A DNA stretch of 64,000 nucleotides from the human T2T-CHM13v2.0 reference genome, Homo sapiens, in the NCBI RefSeq assembly GCF_009914755.1, contig NC_060929.1. One strand, 5' to 3'. Under the pieces are notes generated by a model that saw only the letters and a list, made by a program, of their open reading frames with translations, was not told where the DNA came from and searched no databases. The position numbers were made by a program, and so were the translations under genes. This document shows, in pieces, positions 34,835 through 49,369 of the stretch (the stretch's first letter is position 1; each line of letters begins with the position of its first letter).

Positions 34835-36430
34835 CATTTGTTCATTTATTTAAGAATGCTTTTAAAGAATCTGGGCTGTGCCCAGTCCTAGGGATAGAGT
34901 GGCTGGCAAACAGACATGTTATATCAAGTCATTTCTATTGTGAGAAGAGCCACGAAGGAAAAACAGAGGGACATATGAGAGTATGTGATAGGGCCTGACC
35001 TCAACTGGGAGGCCAGGGATGGGCTTTGGGACAAAGTGGCATTTCAGCTGAGACCCAAAAGATGTGTTGGCACCAAATGGATGACAGAAGAAAAAATGGG
35101 GTTCCAGACAGAACACTATGTTTGGATGGCTGTGGGTCAGGAAAGATATTGAACCATTTAAAGAAATGAAAGAGCCCCAGCGGGACAGAGTATGATCAGT
35201 GAAGGAGATGTGGTTTTCCATTGTCCTTAGAATAAAATCCCAACTCTTCCCTGCTCATGGCTAGGAGACCTTGCCTAAATTCCCACCTCACTTTTCTCCA
35301 CCCACAATGGGCTTCTATCTTTTTCTCTATCCTGTCACCTATTTTAGCTTTCTGAATTTGCAGGTGCTGAAACACTTCCCTCTGTCCTCACAATGCCTGA
35401 TACCTCCTCATACTTCTGGGATGAACTTAACTGTTGTCTCTTCCCAAGGCCTTTTCTAATCACCCCATCTCAAAGAGGTCAGCTCTTCTCACCCTGATAG
35501 TCTCTAGCTCAGAGCCTGTTCGTAGCACTTGTCATGATCATAGTTATTTTGTTTACTTATTTATTCTCCTAGGCCAGGTCCCATATTAGTCTGGGTTTCT
35601 TCATTAAATATTTGGGGTATGAGGACGCTAGAGTAGAGGCAGATTATGGAATGCCTTACAGAGCCAGCTAAGGAGCTTGGGTCTCATTCTGTGAGCAAAG
35701 GCATGCATTTGAAGGGGCTCAAGGAGGATGTGATCGTATCTCCATGTTACACATGTAGAACCACTGTGTGGAGACCAGATGAGAAAGAGGACTGAGAAGA
35801 CATGGGAAGACCAAGTAGAGACAATTACAATAGTCTCCTTGAGACATGACGGGGCTTGGACCAGGATAATGGAGTAAAGATGCGCAAAGTGGTTGGACTT
35901 ATGAAATATCTAGGAGTCCGTAAGATTTGATGATGGTTAGATATAGAAGTGAGAGGGAAGGAAGTGTCAAGGAAGCCCAGCTTTCTGGCATGAACAGATC
36001 CATTTACCAAGACGGAAAGCACTAGAGAGGGAGAAGTAGGATTGCGGAAAGAAGATGAAGGATCACATTTAAGATATTTTGTGCATATTTTTTAAACGCA
36101 ATAGGCATTTCTTCCATTTAGGTGCCTATGAGATCTGCCAGTAGCAGATCTGTTAAGGGAGCTGTAGGATATGTGGATCTGGAGCTCAGAAGAGAAGACT
36201 GGGTTGGAAGACAAATATATATGGGAGTTTTGGTGGTTTGGAAGTGGCAGCGTCAGGAGAGAAAGAAGTAGGCCTGTCTCCAAGTTCTGATGAGTGGGAC
36301 CTGAGAAAATAAGTAGCCTCCTTGTGAGAACCCTGATGAATATGTCTGGCAAAGAAGCGAGAGAAGATTTTGAAGACAGAGTGTTGGAGGTCAAAATGGG
36401 ACAGTTGTAGATGGCACATGGAAAGAGATT
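34835..36430. mobile_element. Cluster of L2 fragments in both orientations
   Basis: 'ttcatttattt...gtgcccagtcctaggg', 'cttagaataaaatcccaactc', 'ggcttggaccagg' and 'gatctggagctcagaagagaag' are typical L2 3' segments. Boundaries approximate. Confidence 0.55.
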
Positions 36431-37274
36431 TGTGGGATACTGAGAAAGGTAGGAACTGATTTAAGGGCAAGAGAGAATTACAATAGGACTATGGGAAATA
36501 AATGGGGCTACGGTTTATGGGGCTAACCTGAGAAATTGCTGAGGACACCATGGATTTGAGACAAGGAAAAGTTAGATAATTTTCAGAATTCTCAAGATAA
36601 AAATGCTGGTTTCTTTGGATGTTCAATTGAGACCACTCAGTGAGTCTGGATGGCCTGGATGCAAGAATCCTCTGAGAACCTTTTCTTGATTTCAGGATGG
36701 TTCTGGATGCAGAGTTTGGTTTCTTGGTTACCTGTGGGCTTCCTCTCATTCTGATATGCTCTTCACTGACCCATTGCTAGGTGCACATGTGAGTTTTTGA
36801 AATTAAAGTCAATCGAGAAACTGTGTATGCTTTATTTTGTTTCAATTATTTTGAAATAGTAAAAGTCACGAAAACAGGTTGCCAAAAATTTAGGTAATAG
36901 AGAAAAAAACTTTCCCAATAATTCAACTACCGGATCATAAGCTATTATAATTTGGGAGTGTTCTATTCCTTTTAATTGTCATGTGAATTTTTACTATTAA
37001 TACATTGCAAATTCAGTTTTGTCTCCTGTTTATCACTTAGCGTTCTGAGTATTTCCCATGATCCTCTAAAAATTCTTTTTAACTGTCACTTTGAGTTTTT
37101 GTATTATAAAAGTGCTACATACTTGCCTGAATCTATCAGGGCATAAAATTACAGAAAGGAAAAGGTTATCTCCATCTGACTCTCCTCTACCACATTTCAT
37201 TTCCCAGACAGCCAATGCCTGCAGCCCAGCGTGCATCTTTTCACATACTGCTGAGCATTTGCAGGGACAGATGA

Positions 37275-37351
<77 letters not shown>

Positions 37352-37408
37352 TATGTGTTTTTTATATATAAATATGTTTATGTGTTATAAATATATATAT
37401 ATATATAT
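37275..37408. repeat. Compound (CA)n(TA)n microsatellite with degenerate TA extension
   Basis: Directly visible: about 14 CA units, about 22 TA units, then a second TA run. Confidence 0.95.
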
Positions 37409-37429
37409 ACTTACTGCCCCACAGAATTT

Positions 37430-38080
37430 ATGCCAGTAAACACAAAGCTATCTCATTTCCATTAACAGCTGCATAGCATTCCACTATGTAGACATGGCGT
37501 AATTTGTCCAACCATACCGCAATGATTGCTATTTACATAAAAATGCTGTGGTAATAATGCACACACACATATCATTATGCACCATAAAGAGGTTTCTCTG
37601 GAATTATTAGCAGTGGAACCTCTAAGAGAAAGGGAATGTGCATTTAAAAATTGATAGATATTGTCAAACTGTGCTCCATAAAGGGTCACACCCATTTAGG
37701 CTTCTACCAAAGATTCCTCTTTCTTCAAACCATTTCCTCGATCATCAGATCTTTGCCACCAGGTGGGTGAGACAGAATATCTCATTGTAATTGCAATAGG
37801 GATTTCTTCAATTTTTAGTTGAGTACATTTGACATTGTTTCATATGGTTGGCTATTTATATTTCATTTTCTGTAAATTGCTCATCCTCATTGTTTCTTTC
37901 TTTATTGAGTTACCGGTGTTTTACTGTTATTGTTGATTTGTAAGAGTTTGCTGTAAATTAAGAAAGTTAATTCTTTGTGTGTCACAAAAATTTTGTACAG
38001 ATTTGTCTGTATTGTGACTTTGTTTATCCTTTCCCTCTTTCCCAGAATTTAAAATATTTATTTAAATAAATATTTCATGG
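37430..38080 (-). mobile_element. Old L1M fragment
   Basis: 'gatagatattgtcaaactg', 'aatatctcattgta' and 'catatggttggctatttatatttc...ctgtaaattgc'. Confidence 0.55.
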
Positions 38081-38957
38081 ACTTTTCTTAATAGGATTCT
38101 CCCTTAAGGGTCATAGAATTTTCTAGCAATTAGATGTGCTATAGTTAAACTATTTTAACATTAAACATGTATCTGTTGCTTCCAATTTTCAGGTAATATA
38201 AATACTACTGTGATGAACAACTGTGTACATGTAATTTTTCCCCATATTTTGGGTAAGAATGTATTTTCGAAATGGGACTACTGGATTATGGTTCTTGAAA
38301 CATTGTCAAAATAATTTCTCGAAAAGAAAATTCACCAGCAAATTGTGAGAATACCAAGAAAACTGCCTTTCTGTGTTTCTGAAAGACTGACACCTAGAGG
38401 TCTGACATCATTCTCAGTATAAAATTTATCCAGAGTCCTTGGTTTACTTTGTAAGATGGGGAGGGGAAAAAACATTGGGAGGAAAAAGGAGAGTGAGTGG
38501 TGTGGTTAAAGGAGTCTATTAAAGTTTACTTAAGAAAAACAGGTGCTAAACAGGTATAACCAATCTGCTTTAACCAGTTGGCCCCATACCCCTACATACC
38601 CAGTCTCAATGGGGACAGCTTAGCTGCCCTCCTCTTAGATATAAGTGCTTTCCAAGGCTGGAGTGATCTTTTCACATCATGAAATTCATAATCCTCCCAC
38701 AGTGAGTTTTTAGGGTTTGAGGTCTGTGTGCTTATCAAATAACTGAACCAAATAAATCAGCTTATTTCAGTTGTGATCAGTGGCTTTTTTATTCTGTCTG
38801 GGAGGAGAGCAGGGAAGAAGAGATCATGAGATCTCTGATCACCTGACATTGTTGTGTGTATTAGCAAACAAGCTGCCCATGATAAACTGTCTCCTACACA
38901 AATTAACATTGCTTTTACTTATAAAACTTGTTTGTTATGAAAAGTTCATTGGTACCT

Positions 38958-39200
38958 GTTATGGGCTTAATCGTAACCTCCCAAAATTCACATGTTGAAG
39001 TCCTAACCCCTAGAACCTCAGAATGTGACTGTATTTGGAGATTTGGTTTAAGGAGGTAATTAGGGTTAAATGAGGCCACTGGGGTAGGCCCTAATCCAAT
39101 ATGATTAGTATTAGCTATATTTAAAGGGGAGGACACAGACATGCCCAGAGGAAACCCAGTCTATGGGACTTTGTTATGAAATTTCTAGAAAACCAACACG
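38958..39200 (+). mobile_element. MaLR LTR (MLT1B-like), internally deleted
   Basis: 'tgttatggg...ccaaaattcacatgttgaagtcctaacccc...cctcagaatgtgactgtatttggaga...gccctaatccaatatga'. Confidence 0.75.
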
Positions 39201-41880
39201 GTACTCCCAAATCAAAGAATTATATAGTGAATCCCATTTACCTATCACTTAACTTCAGCAACTATCAAGAATTTGCTAATTATGTTTCATGTATTGTCTC
39301 CAGTTCTCTTCTGGAATATTCTAAAACAAATCCCAGGTGTCATATCATTTCACTGATAAATATTGAAGTATGCATCTCTGTTTAGGGACTTTTTAAAAAC
39401 ATATTCATCAAGTCATTTTCTTGCCTAACAAAACTAAAAATAATTTTCTAATATCACCCAAGCCATATTCAAATTTCCCCAATTGTCTCACAGATGGTGT
39501 GATTCATTTACAGATAGTTTGAATCCAAACCCAATTTGTTTTTGATTATTACTTCTTGTAAGCCTCTCTTATTCTAGAACAAAGCTCAGTTCCTGCCCCT
39601 TTTTTGTGGTTTGTATTTATAGAAAAACTGGATTGTTTGTCCCATAGAACACCTTATGTTCTGAAGTGGCTGATTGTTTCTTCATGATATAGGTTAATTT
39701 CTCTCTCTCTGTCTCTCTCTCTCTCTCTCTGTCTCATATTTTCTGTAATTTGGTTATTAGATTTAGAGGGCTTGTTTAGATTCAGATTCAGTATTTTGGG
39801 CAAGAATATTTCACTGAGGTTTGAATTTTAAAATGCTGAAATAGCCAACAATTTATTTTCCCTTTAAAGCGAACTAAACAACACAGGAAAACTGTCCTGG
39901 GTAATTAGTAGAGACAATCTGATTTTGTATATCAAATGCTCAAATAGACTAAAGAAAACAAGACGAAAGAAATAAAGAATATGCAAAGGTCACCATTTTC
40001 ACTAAAAATCTGTTCCAAAATGGTATGTCCTGACTTCAGGAATCACTGCCATATACCTTTGAGGTCAAAAGGGGTCAAATTATTGTATTGTATTGTTTTA
40101 AAATCATGTTAGTGTGGCAGCTACACAGCCTTCAAACGAAAGTGTGCCCAGGAAACCATACTTGACCCTTTGAGGGCTTTCTCTTGCCATGAGCTGTTAA
40201 AAGCAGCTGCTTCTCTGCTATATTAGGGCTTCCACCCCCATGCTACCAGAGGTCTGCCCTCGCTGTAAATTGAGGCTTTATTGAATCACTGTTTATAATA
40301 GCAGAAGACTGGAAATGATCTCTATGCCCATCAGAAGGGGACTCATTAAGTGTCATCGAATTCTAAAATCCTTTAAAAATATTTCTGTAAAGTTACGTGT
40401 GCTAATATGCCATTGTCAAGTTATAGTGTGTAGAGACTGCATATAGAGCAGGCTGTCTGTGTATAATAAAATGTTTATTGTATGCATGGAATATTTTAAG
40501 AATTCTTAAGAAACTAGGAAAATTGGAGAACCAACGTCTGGTATAGAGAATAATTTGTGTTTTCCTTGTAGACCCTCTCTCACCATTGGAAATTTTAGCT
40601 ATGTATATGTATTTTAGCTATGTAATTACTTTTTTAAAAAATTAACTAATTGAATTAACTAATGCCTTGGAAATTGGCATGGACTGAATGGTTGTCAGCA
40701 ACACTACAGTGCTGAGCCAGTAGTTTTCAGTTCTTGCCTGTGTTTGTCAAGCAAGGGAGATGTCAGATAGCAGAGGGATTTTCATTTGAAACACTTTTCA
40801 GCTTGCATTTGACCACTTTGAAGAGGGAAACCAGACTTTGGAACCATTTTCAAGAATCAGATGTGTTCCGTGTTTCAAAGGATTTTAACTCTCAAATAGA
40901 CCTTTCTCTGGAGCGACATTCCCCACTTTGAGAAACTAAAACAAGTAGCTTGTACCAAAAAAACAAGTATAAATTATGATTCCTTCTGATCAAACATGTA
41001 ATGTCAAGTCTGAAAGAAAGAAAAAGAAACTTCCAAAACAGAGTCTGGTAGTGTTTCCATAAAACATGCCATGTGTTATACATTGCAAGGCACTAGCAAA
41101 GGAAGTCTATTAATAGAATTGAGAAAACATTAATAGGGGCCCACAAGGACCTGGTCATTTTTAAAGTTATGAGAATGAACTCTTGGCTTTATAATTTTAG
41201 GGTTGTTAAAACACCTGCCAGTGGCACCTCTTATTGTGTGGATTTTTTTTCCCATTACACTGTGTGTAAAAACCATTAAAGAAAACTCAAAGCCCTAATT
41301 GTGACACTCGATAAAGTGGTCAAGAAAAACTATGTTTACAAATCTGAAAATGTCACTGTGTGCTTTTATTAAGCCTCAGCCTCAAACTTCCAACCTGTGG
41401 GAAAGCTTAACAGCAGAGGTAATCTCTATAGAAAGGACCTACTGGTAAGCACAAATCATGTCAAGCAAAGGGGAAATTACGACAGGTGGATTTCAAAATA
41501 GCACAGATTTAATTTATCTGGGCCCAAACCTCTTCCATCAGGGTGACAAAGAAATGTAGTCACTGAAGGAGATGCTTCCAGAATCACTCTGTGTTTAAGT
41601 ACCACAGCCCCAGGTCACCCTAGAGGTCCTGAGCTCCTTGGGTGGCCCTTTATTCTAATACCTCAGCCCATCCTATCCCCTTCCCAACTATGCGAACATC
41701 TTGACGGTGGGACTTGGAAACCTTCCTGCAATTTTTTGCCCTACTAGCTGATCAAATTCCTCATTCATTCCTTTGGGTTAAAGAATTAATACAGAATATT
41801 CCTAAGTGTTATGACACTATAAGCATAGTGTCATGACATAAGGCTCCTGGTGGAGCCGAGTGGACTTGGGGGTGAATCTT

Positions 41881-42188
<308 letters not shown>

Positions 42189-43639
42189 GGGGGTGAATCT
42201 TATCACTACAAGCTAGTAGCTATAAGGCCTACCTCAGAGACTGAAGTGAAGACTGAAAATTATAAAGTGAGTCACCTGACACCAGAGACTCCTCACTCTA
42301 GAATAGGCACCCCCTTCTGGGACATCCAAATCCAGTTGGGAAGGCAGGCATGTGGACTAGTAATTACAGGAGCAATTAGTAGTAATTACAGGAATGATCA
42401 GAAAGATCATTCTAAGAGAAATTGACCTAAGTCCTCAGAAGCCCAACGGGGAAAGCAGGTGGTTCAGGGGGGGCCCCTGACTTGGGGAGGTCAGGGTAGG
42501 GCCTCAGAAAGAGGAAACATTCTGAGCAGCCTTGAAACTCACCTGTCAGGTGGGGAGTCAGGGAACACCATTGTAAGTAAAGATAAAACAGCAGGTGGGA
42601 AGCTATGGCGCACTTGTAGGCCCTGGCACACAATGTGACAATGACTCATCTCTCATCTTGCACAAGTTTGGCTTTTGAGGGACTTGGATAACTCCATGAG
42701 GGCCGTGACATATGCAATACATGCCTCATAACCAGGGCTTGCCACACTGCGATTGCAGCAGGACAGAGAGCCCTCTTCCTCTACTCTGCAACACCTTGCG
42801 CACCTTTCTTCCCTTCCCATCTCCCGGTTCATTTCTTCCCAGAAGGAGGAACTATTAATCTGGACAGATTGCAGGGTGTCAACTAGGTCATAGACACTAA
42901 TAGGCGGGAGCAGCATGTATAAAATAATTATACCTTTTTCCTGATACTCAGATATCCCTGGCCGAAGCATCAGGTACTTTCCACTAACCACGCTGAGTGT
43001 TTGGAAGGTCTCTTTTAGTGAAGTCCCCCTAAGCCCCAGCTTCTACGACAGTCATAGTGGTGCATAAGAAAAACATAATAAATGGTAGCTGGATTGAATC
43101 ATGCTCTGGCTAAGAGAAACTTTACCCTCTTGCTTAAAAATTGCTTATATTTGGCCCAAAGCTGGATACTGACACTAGTTTTAACATATTTGGGATTCAG
43201 CTAGGTAACGAATTTTCTTGGAAGCTATTACTAGCACCTGTTTTTACTCAGGCTAACTGAGATTCCAAATGGCCAAGGGGTTTCCTGGTTCAGGGTCTGG
43301 GGAAGATTACTGTCATGGAGAGGTGTATCCCGACGTTAGCAAGGCATGTGAAACAGCACAGTCATTTTGCTGGTGCAGATTTCTACAGACATGGATGGTT
43401 CTGGAGCCAGCAACTAGCGGAAGCCTCCTAGTTCCCATGGTTGCTTCCTCCTCCTAGCACAGGCTGTAGCGCTGTGGTGTTACTTTGGGGCTCATTCCTG
43501 AAAGCTCATCCCAGATTCTGTCTCTTCAGCACTCCCAGTAATTCCAAGGAAACATGTAAAAGTGTCCACAGACATGCCAAAAGCCACAGAACAGCTCAAA
43601 AGCGGATCTGGCAAAAAGAAAGCAAAATCTTGTAACAGT

Positions 43640-44200
43640 GACTTCAGCCTCTCTTTGTTTTCTTCCAGATGTGCATATGGCTTCCTCCATCCCCTCAGTC
43701 AGGTCCCTGCCTAAATGTCAGAAAGACCTACTCTAACTTCCTATCTGCCGTAATTCCTCTTCCCAACAGCCATTCTCTGTCCCCTTCTTCTGCTTTAGTT
43801 TTCTTCATAGCACTTATCACCCCTGACATTTTACATATTATATATTTATGCATTTATTGTCTGTGAACTCCCTGTAGAACACAATCTTCATGAGAGAAAA
43901 AACTTTTGGTCACAGCAATATCCCCAATACCTAAAACAATAACTGGCACATCGTAGATAAATGAATCCTAACTAATAATTATAAAGCCCTTCATTTATGC
44001 TCCGAATTTGATATAAATTTGTTCATCAAATTCTTATACCAATCTAATGAGATGGATTATCCACATTTTTCAAATGAGAAAGCTGAGGCCGAGAGAAGTT
44101 AAAGAACTTGCCCAAAGTGATTCAAGTTATTCAGTGGCGAGACCTAAATACAATCTAGGGCAATCGAACCACAGGCCCTGCGTGGCTCACCACGCTATGC
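43640..44200. mobile_element. L2 3' end (+, ~43640-43965) followed by MIR (-, ~44040-44200)
   Basis: 'ttttcttcatagcacttatcac...cctaaaacaataactggcacat'; 'aaatgagaaagctgaggccgagagaagttaaagaacttgcccaaag'. Confidence 0.65.
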
Positions 44201-44934
44201 TGCACGTTGAGATTCTATTACCTTCCTGGCCCTCCTCCTCTGAGTCTCTAGCAAAGATAACTCCAGCACTGCCCTTGTTTTTGGAAAATATTTAAAGTTA
44301 TTTTCCACTGATATTTTTCATGTGAAAAGTTTCCCCAAATAAAAGGATAGTACTTCAAAATGTTTAAAGAAACACAAATAAGAAAACAAAGAAAAGGTAA
44401 ACAAGGTATATGCCCAGAGTAAATCTGCTCCAAAGAGTTTGGTTCTTACTTTATTGTTAAAATCATTATCTTTTTTTTTTTTTTTTTTTTTTTTTTACTT
44501 AAGTGACTTTTGAGAAATACTTTGAGATGGACAACTTAGTTGACATGTTGAAAAAACTCAAGCTATTTTCAATAAACATTAGCTCTTTGATAAATCAGTA
44601 TTCTAGGTATTTTAGCCTGGAGAGGTGATTTTATATGGGGATTGGGGTGTCAAGGTTCTCTGTACTGTCCCCCTTCTCCCCACACTAAAATTGCCTCCTG
44701 GGCCATCTTGCTGGCACCTGGAGTTACACCATTAACTATGTCCCTTTAAAATACATTTTCTGAAAGAGACAGCTCTTCAGTCTCTTCAGGCTTCTATGTG
44801 AACATATCCAAGTGTTCATAAAAACATTTTTTTAAAATAGGGAGATAATTAGGGAGTCCATAAGGACCTGCATTCCTGAGTGAGGACAGGGATTATAAAG
44901 GAGGGAGAAGGCAAGTGAACCAGCAGGTGTCCTT

Positions 44935-45379
44935 TTTTTTAATTATTATTATAATTTATGTTCTGGGGTACATGTGCAGAACGTGCAGTTTTGTTACATA
45001 GGTATACATGTCCCGTGGTGGTTTGCTGCACCCAGCAACCCATCATCTACATTAGGTATTTCTCCTAATGCTATCCCTCCCCTTGCCCCCAACCCCCCGA
45101 CAGGCCCTGGTGTGTGATGTTCCCCTCCCTGTGTTCATGTGTTGTCACTGTTCAACTCCCACTTATGAGTGAGAACATGCAGTGTTTGGTTCTCTGTTCT
45201 TGTGTTAGTTTGCTGAGAATGATGGTTTCCAGTGTCATCCATGTCCCTGCAAAGGACATGAACTCATTCTTTTTTATGGCTGTGTAGTATTCCATGGTAT
45301 ATATGTGCTACATTTTCTTTATCCAGTCTATCATTGATGGACATTTGGGTTGGTTCCAACTCTTTGCTATTGTAAATAG
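44935..45379 (-). mobile_element. 5'-truncated L1PA7-like 3' end
   Basis: L1 3'UTR (catgtgcagaacgtg, cataggtata, ggtggtttgctgc). TSD cagcaggtgtcctt 44921-44934 / cagcaggtatcctt 45380-45393. Confidence 0.9.
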
Positions 45380-47179
45380 CAGCAGGTATCCTTCTATTTG
45401 GCACATGTAAAGTAGAAGTTCAAATGGGTCCGATAACAAAAATATTTTTAAAAATTTTTGTAAGTTCTAGGAAGGCAAGGACTAAACCTGTTTGTATCCC
45501 CTGCAACTCATACATGAGCACAGTGCCTGGCATGTAGTAAAAGCTCAGTATTTCTTAGGTGGATGAATGCAGGCTCCTGAGCATGCCCCAGGCTCTTACC
45601 TCCCCCTTTTCTGGCATCCCCATTCCTCCCTCAAGCCTTCTACCTTCTCTCTCCCACCAGTTCTCTCCAGTGGAAGTATATTTCTCCTCTGAAATTCTCC
45701 AGCAATATAATTTCTACAGGGAATTTTATGAAGAATTAATCATATACAGACAGTGAAATCTCTTTGAAAGTTTTTTTGAAAAGCTAGTTATATTGTCTTT
45801 TGTCATAAAATGTTCCATATGTTTATATCTTATCTCCCCATCTGGATTATAAATGTCAGAAAGGTAGAGGCTTGACAACTTTGCTTCTTCAATGCTTTTC
45901 ATACAAATATAAATATTGATTGGATTTTATAAGAAACTCTCACTTTTATATTCAAGCAGACTAAATGGGAAAGGAAAAATCAAGACCCCAAGTACATTAT
46001 CTTACTCTTTCAGTGTGTCTCAAAAACGGGATTTGAATATGCTGGATTAAATTGGTTTCATCATTTATAGCACACTAATCTCAACTGAATTACATAATTG
46101 ATTTTTTTAAACCAGGATAGTCCTTATTTATCTGGACAAGCAACGCACAATCACACACATATATGCTATGACTTTTCTTGGGGAAATTAAAAGAAAATCC
46201 ATAGCTATAAGTGCCAGCAGCCTAGCATTACAATAGCTTCACTTTTTCTGATTTAGAAGAGCTGTGTTTGATGGCAGTAAAACTGATGAAACATAGCACT
46301 TTTCCTTATGGTTATGTTGAAATTTTTATTAACACCCTTACAAACTGCAAAATTTTAAGTTTTTTTTTTTTGTAAGGTTGCATTATATATTCTTCATATC
46401 CGTTTTCTTCCCCAGGATCAGTTCATGTAACTACAAATAAACTGTCTTCTATTTCTATGGTTGATTCCTTAGAAATTTTTTGTATCTCTTTGAAGCTGTG
46501 AGGACAGAAAGCATTACTATACATCAGCATCTACATAATAAAATTAACTCCCCACTACCTACCACCTTCTCTATTTGGTTATTATAGAGTTGAAAGTTCA
46601 TCAGGGTTCCGCCTCCCTTCTTCCCAATCAAACAAATCAATGAGAAAAAATAGAAAATCTACCGCCACATCAGCTGCCAGCACGATATTACAAACAGATT
46701 AATCCAGATTTTAGGATATTGCTGTGGGCCAGACTTTGCACTTGTCAGCCTTGTTGCACTTGTTGGCAGCACTGTCTCTTAGAGAAGTCAGGATTTATGT
46801 GATCCTGTGTACCCAGTTATGAAAGCCCATAGCGCATTGAGAAAGCACATAATGGCCAGCTGATTCCATGCTGTTCTCAATAAAAGAGAGAACAATGCAT
46901 ACTTTAAAAGACAGTGCAAACCTATGAAACAAGGATTGATGCTGGCTTTACATATCTTGGTTTTGAGGCAATGTAGGAACAGAATTATATTTGCGCTTTG
47001 CCTGAAAAATAATTTGAGAATAATTTTGCTCACTCTTTCCAAAAAATCTAGTCTTTGGGTCACAGAGCAAGTAACTTTTTGTCAACCTCTACCCATCTCC
47101 ACTTTCTAGTGAAACCACTGCCAAAGTTTCCCTCGTGCTATATTTAAAACACATGGAAGATCTCTCCAAAAACCCAACA

Positions 47180-47390
47180 CTTACTAGGTGCCAGGCACTA
47201 TTAAAGCGCTCCATATATGTTTAATCTTTACAACAATTCTCTGAGGCTGGTGTTTTTATCATCATCCAATGTGAAAGATGAAGAGACTGAGAAAAAGAAA
47301 GGTCGTGCACAAGCTATTCAGCTGAGAAGTGGTAAAGTCAAGATTCAAACCGAGGCACCCTGAAGTCAGAGCCTGCTCAAGCTCTAAATC
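47180..47390 (-). mobile_element. MIR SINE
   Basis: 'acttactaggtgccaggcact...tttaatctttacaacaa...agatgaagagactgag...agattcaaacc'. Confidence 0.7.
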
Positions 47391-48949
47391 CCTGCACAAC
47401 ACGTCCTCTTACTTAATAAATACCTAACAAACAACCAAATCCCCACCCCACCTCTGACTCATGCCGCTATTCTTCTTGTTTCTTTTTATTGGAAGCAAAC
47501 TTAAGGATGATATCAACTTGGATTTTTTCGCTTCAACTCAGACAAAAAAGAAGTCGCCTCCTTCCACCCTCTTTAAAACTATGTTAATTTTGTGTATCCC
47601 AATCCCTTAACTAAGAATTATTTTAAAATTATCAAAGGTTTGTGTTAGTGTTGCATTACTCTCTTGGATGCTGTGGTTCTTTCTATTTAAGAGCTTATTA
47701 TTTTCTCCATAAGCCAGTTTGGGAAGGAGGTAATATGTCTTTTTGGCTCTTGAATACTGCTTTCCTCTGAATCTCATTATGGCAAGTCACTTTCTGAAAC
47801 TGGGCTGTAGCTCTAGACAAATGATTGTATGAAGTTTTAAATAAACATACAACATTTACGTTAGGCTGTTTCTTGAAATGATTTATTGTCATTTTCTTCT
47901 TTCAGTCCTGCTCTTTGGACATAAAAGACACAAGCTTTTGCAGTTTATACAAACCAAATCCTCTGTTTGCTCTGATTAAGCATTCATGAGTCTTTTATAT
48001 AGTACAGGCTGTAGATTTGGGATTATTCCCTATGGGAGTGGTGGAATTAAATACATTAGCCAACAGAGATAAGGGAGGGTACCAGAGTTTAATTGCCATT
48101 AAAATAGATATGTTGAGTAACAAAAACAGAAGGCAGGAAACAGTCCGTATTCTCATTTTCCGCCATGGTAGATGGAAGTTCTATAATCCTGTGACTTGCA
48201 GCCTCTTGAAAACTCTCTAAAGGTGATGGCCTAGAAGATGTAGGGAATAAGTTAAAATTGTGCCTGGGGACAAGTCTATTCTTGAGTTCCTAAGAAGCCT
48301 TGTGCCTAGGAAGATTGTGAACAGTGGGAACCTCGGAGTTGCTCACCGTGAAGAGCTTTCTGCTCTATTGGAACTGGGCACAGGTGTTAATCAGTGGAAT
48401 ATCATTACATCACCCAAAGTTCCCTGACCTCTCAGAGGCTTTTCAGAAATGTGAAGAGAGTTACCACCTTACTCCGTGGCCCCAGTCAGTGACTGGACAC
48501 AGAAGAAATTTCCATAGGTAATTCTGATAGACAGCTTTATTTTTATTTTTATTTTTTATTTTATTTATTTATTTTTTTACTATTTTATAATTGGCTGGCT
48601 TCTCAGAGTTTTCTTTGTTATTCTATTTGTGGCTATCGTAAATGGATTTTGTCATATTCCCGCAGAAGCTGACACTTGCAGTCAGCCATGAGGTTGGGAA
48701 ACTCATGTCCAGTTAATTCACATGAAACAGGTAAAATAAAAGCATTTTTTTTAAAGTTCTGTGTGAGTTGCATGTATTTTCCCTTCAATTTAGAAATCTT
48801 CAACTTTTCTGGTTCTTAAGTTTAAATTTAGATTGGGTAAGGGGAAATAAAATGAAGTCTTGCACTTTTGAGCAATGAGAATCAAGAGAAAACGCCTCAG
48901 AAAATTGAAGTTTCTCAGAATGGGGGAGACCCTGAATTTAAAATATATT

Positions 48950-49210
48950 AGCTGACTCCATTTATTTGAAATTCTAGAAACAGCAAAACGTTATGTATAG
49001 TGACAGAAAGCAGATCAGTGATTTTCTGGGGCCGGGAGTGCAGGGGATGAGGACGATGGACAGAAAAGAAGCACAGAACTTCTGGCTGTTGGAAATGTTC
49101 TACATCTTAATCGTACTTAGTTGCACAAACCAAACTCATCAACCCGTACACTTAAAATGACTGCATTTTATTGTATGTAAATTGTACTTCAATAAAGTTG
49201 ATTTTTAAAA
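48950..49210 (+). mobile_element. Old L1M 3' end
   Basis: 'aaattctagaaa...gacagaaagcagatcagtg...gtacacttaaaa...ttttattgtatgtaaatt...caataaagttg'. Confidence 0.7.
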
Positions 49211-49369
49211 ATATACTGACATAAGTTACTGAGGTGCCATGGGAAACTTCTCTAAATCATCCTTTATTTTAACATAAAATAGTTGAGCTAATACTCCAGG
49301 AGTCATTAACAGTAGAATGGATTTTTTTTTCCATACAAAAATAATATATATCCATCAGCTTTAAGTGCT

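Noticed and set aside
42358-42393. 14-bp direct repeat tagtaattacagga with an 8-bp spacer as a CRISPR-like or TSD structure
   Set aside because: Only two copies and no insert; a simple local duplication in eukaryotic DNA.
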